From: Octopus vulgaris
Taxonomy: Eukaryota
Direction of reading: 5' to 3'
Assembly (NCBI GenBank): GCA_951406725.2
Contig: OX597814.1
Span: 138,012,001 to 138,076,000 of the forward strand
Length of the DNA: 64,000 nucleotides
Made by a program: the position numbers and the translations under genes. The notes beneath the pieces were generated by a model. It had not been told where the DNA came from. It was given only the letters and a program-made list of their open reading frames with translations, and made no database searches. Below, one piece after another: positions 53,301 through 64,000 of the stretch. Within the stretch, counting starts at the first letter, position 1, and each line of letters starts with the position of its first letter.

Positions 53301-54152
53301 CTGGTGGAACACATTTAGTTTTCTGTTGATTTATTATGAACCCCCAAATGTGGGTTTATAGGACAATAAAAATATATGCTTTCTATGCAATTGATGTGCA
53401 AAAAATGAGGTAGGGAGAAATTTCCTGACAGATTATTTCACAGTTTGTTGACTGCTCCTCAGTGATAATATACCCAGCTTCCTTACTTATCAACAACACA
53501 GATAAGCAGTTTATAATGTTCAACCCATGCTAGCATGGAAAACGGACATTAAACGATGAAGAAGAAGAAGATCATAAGTTAGGCTAGCACATTAGTACCA
53601 AGCCTTCTTTGTGTATTTGATGGTTTGTTATTAAACAATAACTATTTTGTGAACAACACAACATAAATCAGAAAAACTGAAATATATTTAGATGTTATTT
53701 AATATAAGAAGGTCTCATTGTGAATTAAATAAAAATGTAAACACATTCGTGCTGTGCTGTTAATGTGTGGAGAAAAGCAAGAAGGAATATACTGATATAC
53801 CATTTCACTATTTGTTAATCAGACATAACTGGTTTCCTATCCCATTCAATGCACAGATTAGCAGTTGGCATTGGGAAAGGTATCCGGTTAAAAAAAAACA
53901 ATGTCAAAGCAGACACTGGAGCTCAATGCAGCCTTCCAGCTTGTCGGATTCTGCCAGATCGTCCAACCCATGTCAGTATGGAAGACTGATGTTGAATGAT
54001 AATAAAGACAGTTAAATCTGTCTTGATTCTATGAGTTGTTCAGTTGTATTCTAAGTCGCTGGGAAGCAACTGTAAATACAAATCTCTTCCTTGAATGGGT
54101 TGTTAGTCAATCACAATGTAACCCCCAGTTGTATGGTGTGTGTATGCATGCC

Positions 54153-54209
<57 letters not shown>

Positions 54210-55937
54210 CTCATCAATACAGAGCAAATATTCAGGAGTGACTATATAGATATTATTATTGTTATTATTATCGAGAGCAATATAAATTGTCTAGCAGGCA
54301 GGCACATTCATGTGCCCTTATGATATGAATATATATATCAGTATCATCATCATCATTTAATGTCTGTTTTGCATGCTACATGGGTTGTACAGTTTTACAG
54401 GAGCTACATTTGTATGTGTGTGTGTGTGTGTGCATTTGTGCATATATAAATACATATATGTAAATAAGAGGCAGAGTTCAGACATTGATGATGCAAACAG
54501 TGACGTGCACTTCCTTGCACCCCCTCCACCACCATGCCCTGGCTTACCCATCATTAATGCCACCCTGCCGCTAATATATATATATATGCACATACACAGA
54601 CACACAGAATAATACCTTGCTTTGGTACTATCAATTTTTTTTGTGCTTATCTGTTGTTGCACTCTTTTTTTTTTTGTTGTTGGCGATAATATATTCAGTC
54701 AGACAGAACTACATTATTAAAATAATTGTATGTCAACATGTTAGAAACTATGACACTAACTCGAGCATACTCCCACATACATCCAAATTGTTCCTGCAAT
54801 ATTTTCTTTCTTTTCATTCATCATGTGCAGAACACCCTGTGTAACACCAAATTTTGAATCTCCATTGAAGCTGCCCTGGAAAAGCACCACATCATCATTT
54901 AATGTCTGTTGTCCATGCTGGCATGGGTTGGATGATTTGACCAGATCTGGCAGGCTGGGGAGCTGCACCAGACTCCAGTCTGATTTGACATGATTTCTAT
55001 GGCTTGATGCCCTTCCTAATGCCAACCACTTCACAAAGTGTGCTAGGTGCTTTTGTGTAGTTCCACACATGCACTTTTATATGGTGCTGCACGGGCACTT
55101 TTACATGGCATCACATAGACACTTTTATGTGACAGCACATGGGTGATTTTATGTGGTACTGCATAAGTGCTTTTCTGATTGTAAAACTGCTGTTGCTGAG
55201 GGAGTTGGCAGAGAACAAATGTCGGGCATGTGTGGGAAATTTTTTAAGACCTATTGAGTCAAGTACGTCAACACCCACATCAAAATAAAAATCAAATGGA
55301 AATTGTAGTTATGGTACCCGTGCCAGTGGCACGTAAAAAGCACCATCCGAACATGGCTGATGCCAGCGACACCTGACTGGCATCTGTGTTGATGACACGT
55401 AAAAAGCACCAACCGATCGTGGCTGTTTGCCAGCCTCCTTTGGCCCCTGTGCCAGTGGCACATAAAAAGCACCCACTACACTCACGGAGTGGTTGGTGGT
55501 AGGAAGGGCATCCAGCTGTACTGCCAGATCAGACTGGAGCCTGGTGCAGCCTCCTGGCTTCCCAGACCCCAGTCGAACCATCCAACCCATGCTAGCATGG
55601 AAAACGGATGTTAAACGATGATGATGACGATAGACAAACCAGCAATTAAAATAGAATCATCAGGAAAAATGGAGAAGTAAATATTTGGGACAAACAGAAA
55701 ACATCGTTGCTATATGGGTAGAGGCTGAATGTAAATATAGCTTACCATGTAGCTAACATATCTTTCATTTTTTACTTATTTCAGTCATTAGACTGTGGCC
55801 ATGCTGGAGCACCACCTTGAAGAATTTTTAGTTGAATGAATTGACCCCACTACTTATTGTTTTTAAGCCTGGTACTTATTCTGTTGATCTCTTTTGCTGA
55901 ACTGCTAAGTTACAGGGACATAAATGCACCAATATTA

Positions 55938-56265
55938 CAGTTCTATATTTAAGAGATGAGGAATTATGTACATTATTTACATTTGACAGATATTTGTCCT
56001 CATCTTGGGGTTAGTAGCCCGCGCTCTTAACCACTACGCCAATTATGGAGTGAATTTTAGGGCTTATAAATCTAATATTTTTCTATCCTTCCTTAATACC
56101 GGTTCCCATTTGCTGCTCATATCTGCACTCAGACTGCCTTGTAAAATGTAACATTTACCCAAGACACCTGAAGAGGATTGGAGGGTATATCAGCCGAAAT
56201 GTTGTGTCAACAACAAAAAAGATAAGGACAAATATCTGTCAAATGTAAATAATGGAAATAATGTA
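55938..56265 (+). mobile_element. Short Penelope-like relic with inverted repeats, hammerhead and 11-bp TSD, nested in a SINE
   Basis: caccaatatta at 55927-37 and 56266-76; inverted repeat 55971-56006/56219-56254; gacac-CTGAAGA-gg...cc-GAAA-tgtt-gtgtc at 56163-56208. Confidence 0.75.
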
Positions 56266-56324
56266 CACCAATATTAGTTGTCAATCAGTGGTGGTGAATA
56301 AACATGGACACAAAGACACACTCA

Positions 56325-56377
<53 letters not shown>

Positions 56378-58616
56378 TGAGCTTCTTTTGGTTTCTGTCT
56401 ACTAGATCCACTCACAAGGCTTTGGTTGGCCTGACACTACTGTAGAAGACACTTCCCCAATGTACCATGTAGTGGGACTGAACCATAACCATGTGGTTGA
56501 GAAACAAACTTCTTACTACACAAACATGCCTGATGGGGAAAAAAACTAAACATTTTGGGATGAGAAGGAGATAATTCAGAAGTATCCACATTTAGCAGAG
56601 GTCATGTTGCCTTGAGTGAATGAATACATCAAAAGGAGTGAGGCCTTTTTAATATTACAGTTTACAAGGCAACCTCAATGATGATAGTGCTATGACAAAA
56701 TGCCCTTAGTACATCCTAGAATGTGCTTGGCAAATGAAAAGAGTTAACGTGGGACTGAGAGGACCCTTTATACTTGACAAGGGCATGGCAACTTCTCTAG
56801 TGCTGAGGTCACATTTAAATTAAATGTTGCCAGTACACTCTGTAAAGTGGTTGGTGATAGAAAGGGCATCCAGTTATGGAACAAATGAATAAGATACAGC
56901 CCTCTAACCTGTCCAGGAGAGTAGCTCTGCATAAGAACTGACTCAGATTTTAACAAGCTGATCTATATCAACATAGAAAGTGGCTGTAAAATGATGATGA
57001 CTGATGATGATGATGATGACAGTGACGATGACAACACTGATAAATACATACACATGCATATTTATGAAAATATGTACACATGTATACTTTTGCTGGAGGT
57101 GAAACAACAAACTTACAGCTCATCCATGGTGTGTGTGTGTGCATTTGTTAGGAGAGTGTCTCAAACATGAAGATAGCTATGGTAAATTCTATCTTTTTCT
57201 CTAAAAGAAAAATTTGTAGGGGGTCCCTTTATTGAGAAGAGTTGTGGGCAACATTAAAAAAACAAACAAACCAAACTGGACAAGACATCATCATCATCAT
57301 TGTTTAATGTCTGTTTTCCACGCTCGCATGGGTTGGATGGTTTAACTGGGGACTCGTAAGCCAGCAGGCTGCGCCAGGCTCCAATCTGATCTGGTAAGGT
57401 TTCTACAGTGGGATGCCCTTCCTAACACCAACCACTACGAGAGTGTAGTGGGTGCTTTTTACGTGCTACCAGCATGGGAGCCAGTCAGGTGGCACTCACA
57501 TCGACCACATTCAGATGGTACTTTTTACGTTCCGCTGGCATGTGGAGCCAAGTAGGCAGCACTGACATCAACCCATGTTTGAAAACAACGTTCGTATTTT
57601 GCACTTTTGGTGTGGTTTAAGATATGTTTTACGTAATACGTAACACAATTAGATTATTGACATCAATCAGTGGTTGCATATTTTGGCATTCCAACAAAAA
57701 ACATAAAGGGATTTATCCTGCAAGGTTGAACTGCAATCAAAGGTGTACGTGAAGAGAAATTTAACACATGATATTGCCAAGAATGTAGATAAAGTAAGCG
57801 AATGCAAATATTCATTCTTCAGTGATGTGACAATACTAATAATGATGTATATATATAATATGTACTGCTATTGTTATTTATACTGTTGACATTAAGAGAG
57901 AAGAAACATATAAAGTGTAGATTTTATCCTGAAATATTTCTTGGGGAAGTCAGTTGAGTGGTAGAAACTGGAGTGCCACTCAAAAATGTCCTGCTTCGTT
58001 TAGATATTGCTTTGTATGTTTTAAGTTCAGATCTTTGTCTTTTTTCTTTTTAGGATTGATGAAATAGACACCAGTTGTATATTGAAGGTGTTTTAATAAA
58101 ATATGCACTCTTAGCCACAAAGAAGACTGTTTATAAGAAGCAAACTTACTTTTCATGTATCTTTATGAAGTGAATACATAGCCCCATCCTCATGAGTAAG
58201 TCTTTAAAAAAATATGTGTACCATGCAACCATGTTGTTGTGTACCTGAGCAGCATATACAATAAGCTGAGTATTATTACAAATTTGTATAGAGCAGCGAG
58301 CTGGCAGAATTGTTAGCGCCCTTGGCAAAATGCTTAGTAGCATTTTGACTATATTCTGAGTTCAAATTTCACTGAGGTTGACTTTGCTTTTCTTCCTTTT
58401 GGGTTCGATGAAAGAAGTATCAGTTGAGCACTGGGGTCAATGTAATCAACTTATCCCCTCCTCTGAAATTGCTGGCCTTATGGCAAAATTTGAAATCATT
58501 AGTACAAGTTTATATTTGATGCAAATGCCATATGTAAATTTAACCACATTACTTCTTCAGATTTCTATTTCTTCAAAAGCTCCTCGTAAATATGAAAGAA
58601 CACCGGAATTAACATA

Positions 58617-58825
58617 CCATATTTTAACATGTATAAGGAACCATCATGTATAAAGAACCCTCTTGTATAAGGAACCCCCTAATTTTGGGGGCTTAAAATT
58701 TGGAAAAAAAGGTTTTGTAAGGGATTATAATACTATATATGTATATGAAACCCCCATATTTTTTTAACCCTTTCATTACTTAATTTTTCGACAAAATAGG
58801 GTTCCTTATACATGTCAAAATACAG
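58617..58825. mobile_element. Tc2-type MITE
   Basis: TA|ccatattttaacatgtataaggaacc / ggttccttatacatgtcaaaatacag|TA; internal tgtataaggaacc repeats. Confidence 0.85.
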
Positions 58826-59989
58826 TAATTTGGCTGACACTGGATTAAATTTATAATTTGGAGAAATGTTTTTATTGATATATCTGTAGAAAGTTGTACG
58901 ATAAAATGACTGATAGAGAAGGAAAAAACTATGAGAGAACTCTATCTCTTTGTGAATTAAAACTAATCTTCCATTTTGATAAAAAATATAATAAAATTAG
59001 AATTAAAAAAAATTTTCTAGACTATGTAAACTCAAATTATTGCTTTCTTAGTAAAATATACATACACCTTTTATAGTGCATATCATTAAGTACTGAAATA
59101 CTCCCACTACTGAAGGTAGCTAGGAAAAACACACCATTTGCAGCATATGGCAGACTTCAACTTTTGTTGAGCTCCACTCATTATTGCAAAAAGTTGCTGT
59201 TTATCTGAACTGACTACACATAGACTGTGAGACCAATCTCTCATTCCTTCAAACACAATACTCCTTTTGCTATAAAGCTGCATGTCATGTGATTATTATA
59301 TATTTAGGACATTGATTTTTTTTTTTACATCGTTACAGTGATTTTTTTTTTCCTTGTGCTGTCTTGCTGGCTTTGTGAGTCATCTACAGCAGTATCTGTA
59401 ATTGCAATGACGTTGGCAGAATGCCATTTCTGTGACACGCAATTTGGTGTCCAAGTTCACTTGGTCATTTGATGGGCATGGCCACTTTTAAAGATGGCAT
59501 CGCTCATCAGCAAAACAGTCATGTTTTAGAATATATTTCCCTGTAAAAATATTTAATTGTTGTTTAGAACATATTTAAATTTCAAACCTCCACACTAATA
59601 CACCTGCACTTGTTTTGTCTGTGTGTGTATGAGTGTATATATATGTATGTGACTGAACAAGATATAGCTATCTTCTATGTAGGAAAGGTCACACTATTTC
59701 ACCGTATTTTTCACACTCAAGATAAATGTAGTGTTATTGAACAATAAACTTATATTCTTAAGAGTACACACACACACAAACTGACTGCAAGCAGTTATTG
59801 TCTTAATGTTGCTCTTAATGTTGATGGTGTTTAATGTTGTTTACGCAATATATACATCACTTGTAACAACAAAGTCATAGAGATTTCTTACGCTGGCACA
59901 ACTTCAAACATTTTGGGAAGGCACGTCGCAGAAAATTATTTGGGAGGCCTTTCTATCTTCCACTCTAGTAATAGTAATGATAATAATAA

Positions 59990-60175
59990 TAATCCTTTTT
60001 ACCATAGGCACAGGGCCTGAAATTTTGTAGGAAGTGGATAGTCAATTACATCAGCCCCAGTACTTAACTGGTTCTTATTTTATTGACTCTGAAAGCGTGA
60101 AACGCAAAGTTCACCTCTGACCTCTGTGGAATTTGAACTCAGAATGTAATAGTAACAACAACAACAATAATAATA

Positions 60176-60210
<35 letters not shown>

Positions 60211-60660
60211 CCTTTCTACTATAAGCATACAAACTGAAATTTTGGTGGGGAGAGGTTAAGCTGATTACATCAATTGCAGTACTCAACTGGTATTTAATTT
60301 ATCAATCCTGAAAGAATGGAAGGCGAAGTTGACCTCAGTGGAATTTAAACTCAGAACGCAAAGACAGAAGAAATGAAAGCATTTTGCCCGGCATGCTAAG
60401 AATTCTGCCAGTTTGCTGCCTTCAATATAATAATAATAATAATAATAATCATAATAACGATGATGTTAATAATAATAATAATAATAATGATGAGAATAAC
60501 AACAACAACAATAATAATAATTTCAAATTTTGGTATAAAGTCTGCAATTTTTGAGGGGAAGTTGAATACATTGACCCCTGTACTTGACTGATACTTATTT
60601 TATTTACCCTGAAAGGCAAGTTGGCCTCAGTGGAATTTGAACTCAAAACATAATAGTAAT
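59990..60660 (-). mobile_element. Cluster of three family A SINE copies separated by (TAA)n
   Basis: Repeated gaaatttt...ctggt...aaggc...gacctc...ggaatttgaactca blocks at about 59993-60147, 60210-60422 and 60520-60650. Confidence 0.8.
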
Positions 60661-60684
60661 AATAATAAGAATAATAATAATGAT

Positions 60685-61234
60685 AGACAAGATGAAGAGC
60701 ACGATGTGATAACAATAGATATTTTTTTGGTTGAACAATATTTCAACAGCAAGCCTGTCTTTGGTCGAGTTCAAAATAGAAAGTGATAAAAATTCAAAAT
60801 TATAGAAATTCAAATCTAAAGTATGAATGAGAGCAACCAGTGTCTACACATTGATGGAATGACATCATCAGTCTTTAAGTTTCAATTTTATAACAAGCAT
60901 AAAGAAAAAGACAAAAAAGAGGAAAAGAAAAAGAATATTTAATCAAACAGTTTTGTGTAAATTTGATCAAATATTCTTTTTTTCTTTCCTCTTTTTTTTT
61001 GTCTTTTTTCTATCTTTTTCTTTTCGCCTGTTATAAAATTGAAACTTAAAGACTGATGATGTTATTCCGTCAATGCATGGATGCTGGTTGCGCTTATTCA
61101 TACTTTAAATTCGAATTTCTATAATTTTGAATTTTTATCATTTTCTATTTTGAACTTGACAAAGATAGGCTTGCTGTTGAAATATCATTCAACCAATAAA
61201 ATATTGCTATTGCATCACGCTCTTTGTCTTGTCT
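60685..61234. repeat. Foldback element with about 255-bp inverted arms and short spacer
   Basis: 60685-60940 is the diverged reverse complement of 60969-61234. Confidence 0.9.
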
Positions 61235-61897
61235 GTTTACCTTTGTGAAGAGTTATGTCAATCCTTTTAAAATATAAAATAATAATAATAATGGTTTTTG
61301 ATTTTAGTGTAAGGCCAGTGATTTTTGAGGAGAGGGGTTTAGTCAATACCATCAACTCTAGTACTTGACTGATATTTTATTCTATTGACCGCGAAAAGAT
61401 GAAAGATATAGAGTTGACCTGTGTGGGATTTGAACACAGCACATTTTTACAATTCTGTCACTCCATCACCCTGCAGTGGTACTTTTCTTTTTTAGCAATC
61501 CCAAAAGAATGAAAGGTAAAATTGACTGCAGTGAGATTTGAACTCATGGCACAGAGAGTCAGAACTAATACCATATAGTGAGCTGTCCAACACCCTTTAG
61601 TTCTGCTAATTCATTGCCTTAACAAGATTGTTAGTTCAGTGACCCACTATGCAGGCTGGCATGGAGTTCTCTAGGTGCTGAGCTGCAAGCCTACACACAC
61701 ATGCTCTAGTTAATACATCTTCTTGTTACCATTCTGCATTCCTTTAGTATGTTTACACTTTGTAAATTATCATAAAATGACTATTAGAAATTTTGGTCTC
61801 TGTGTTGGCCACCAAATTCAAATCTAATCCAGAGATTGTTGAGCAAGTCACTTTGCTTCCAGGCCACATGCATTTATAGAATAAACATTTAGTATAT

Positions 61898-62352
61898 CAT
61901 CATCATTGTTCGACTGTCGTCAAGACAATGGAATTTACCATGCTACGCCAGACTTCACGGTCCATCATAGCATTACGGAGGTCCTGTTGCTGGATGCCTG
62001 TATCCCTGGAGATTACATCAGGGTAGGAGAGTGTGCGCCCTCTGATATCGCGAGTAGATGGCTTCCAGAGGAGAAGAGTAGAAATTGCCTCGTTTTCAGC
62101 TCTACAACAATGTCCAGCAAACTGGACTCTTCTACCTTTCACAAGAGATGACACAGGTGGTAGTTTCCCATATATTTGCATTTTGGTTGGACGACGCTTC
62201 CACGAGAGATTTTGAGCTCTCATAACGAGGCGAGTGTAGGTTCCATCCAACTGCCTCTCAAGCTTCTTTGATAACGTCCAGGTTTCTGAGCCATATAGTA
62301 GAATTGGTTCGACTGTGGCGTTGAAGATTTTAAGTTTGAAGTCTCTACTTAG
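61898..62352 (-). mobile_element. 5'-truncated RTE-type LINE with open ORF2 C-terminus and 11-bp TSD
   Basis: KLKIFNATVEPILLYGSETW...FAGHC...MMDREVWR; (TGA)n tail; atttagtatat at 61887-97 and 62353-63. Confidence 0.92.
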
Positions 62353-64000
62353 ATTTAGTATATAGCTTTGTTGGGTGGAGAGAAAGTGAGAGAGGTTATG
62401 TAGTTGGATTTTGAAAAGCAGGTAATCTGGTTTTCTTGACAAGAAGGCTTTCTCAAAATCATCATCATTGTTGTTTTAACAGCAACTTTTCCATGTTTGC
62501 ACTGGTCAGACAGAATTTGTTGAGGCTAGTTTTCTACTTCTGGATACTCTTCCTGTCATCAACCCTCACCAGTTTCCATATAAGGTAGTATTTCCCCATT
62601 GCCAAACATAGATTTCATGGTAGCCTGGAAACAAACAACTTATATGACAGCGATGCTTGTTTACAACTGCTCTATTTCAGAAAATTCTTGTATCAAATAT
62701 GAAACCTTGTCTCAAGGTCACATACATTTCTGATAATACTTCCAGCAAGAATCTATTTGAGTTGTTAGGGTGATTATCATATCAACGCTTACCCTTTTAT
62801 ATGCATTTTTCTGCATGTTTTTTGTCACGTATTCCATCAAACTATTGCTGTTTTTATTTACAACAACGTAATTAACGAGGAGTTATTTGTGTGGGATGCT
62901 GTTGTCTTCCATGTTTCTTTTGATCTTTCTGTGCAGTTGCTGTGTTAGTGTATTTTTCTGTTGTTGATTTAGTTGTTTATACAGTGGGAGTGATAGTGGT
63001 AATTGTTGTTGTTGTTGTTGTTTTCACAGATTTTTTTTTTGTTGGTTGTGTTTCTGCGGTTGTAGGTTTAGTCTTTGTTTATGTTGTAGTCAAGAAGTTA
63101 TAGCGCCAAAATGATACCAGAAAAATTGTGTAGCTTATGTTACCTTTATATATGTATTCAGTTTGGTAGTATCTTTGAATCTTCCTTGCGAGTTATCATA
63201 ACATTCTAGCAAAAATAAATAAATAAATAAATAAACAAAACAAAACAAAATAAAAGACTCCCCTTCCACATCCTTCAAAGCCTCACTATTGATACATCTC
63301 CTATAATTGAACATGTCTAGGAATTTCAGAATCTTTAAAGAATACAACAGTACTTTTAAAGGATACAAACAGTATAATTATAGGAAAACACGATTGGAGA
63401 GTAAATCTACAGATTAAACATAAGTTTATATTTAAAACTTTGGATATATTTAAAACTTTAGCTTCATGCAACATTAGAATTCTGTCTTGTCTCATGTTCT
63501 TTGAAAAATATATTTGTCCAAAACATGAGATGTGAACTGTGTTAGTACAGATGTACCTGAAAAGCAAATTTTCAGAAAATCATGTTTATTGTTGGCAAAT
63601 AGTTTTTTTTTGTGGTAGTAAGGGTTAGACAGGGAGATACTTGAAGCAGGATCTTTACAGCCAGATAAATGCTTTTCCTGTCACCAACCATTATTTGTTT
63701 TTCAAGTAAGGAAATTTTTATTTCAGAAGAAAGAGAAAGTGCAGAGCTAGCGGATGGTTTGTTGATAGGAAATGTCAACATCTGTCACTGGTTCCAGCTC
63801 AGCAACAAATGGTGATACCTGCATCTGTAGCATAGCTCACTGTAAATTGTAAGCATTCACTCATGTACACACACACACACGCTCCTTTCAGTTTCTGCCT
63901 ACCAAAGGCTTAGAAGTAAAGTGAATTCATTTCACTTTACATATTGTGGCTGTGCAGTTAGGAAGCTTGCTTCCCATTCACTTTGTTCAAGGTTCAGTTC

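Noticed and set aside
61045-61200. Hammerhead from CTGATGA at 61053
   Set aside because: No convincing stem I, II or III closure around a downstream GAAA.
63490-63815. Possible host exons (ttttatttcag|AAG...ATGTCAACATCT on +; ttgcttttcag|GTAC on -)
   Set aside because: Acceptor-like sites exist, but the donor is weak and the peptides are unrecognisable; needs RNA-seq.

Overview
Eukaryotic, AT-rich, repeat-saturated DNA. The microsatellite load and SINE families look like octopod (Octopus-type) genomic DNA, which is an inference from repeat content. No host protein-coding exon could be supported, and nearly all short ORFs in the track are microsatellite or SINE artefacts. Main elements: a near-intact full-length CR1-group LINE (about 18499-23134; ORF1 with a PHD-like finger and polyQ; APE+RT ORF2 with one stop and one frameshift), a decayed mariner, an internally deleted Tigger, Tc2- and piggyBac-type MITEs, 3' fragments of RTE, HERO-like, R4/Dong-like and CR1-group LINEs, an ORF1-only L1/Tx1-like element, three tRNA-SINE families and RTE-derived bipartite repeats. 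Top hunt result: two sequence-unrelated segments (16804-16923 +, and 40806-40917 - in a HERO-like 3' UTR) both carry a complete hammerhead core (GUC, GAAA, CUGA[U/G]GA) with covarying stems, but with the strands in a non-canonical, pseudoknotted order. Also found: about eight minimal type I hammerhead motifs, several in foldback (Penelope-like) relics; a G GGA AAC -1 slippery site joining LINE ORF1 to an AUG-less ORF2; and locally templated filler DNA inside the Tigger. All pairings were found by eye and none has been computed or tested.
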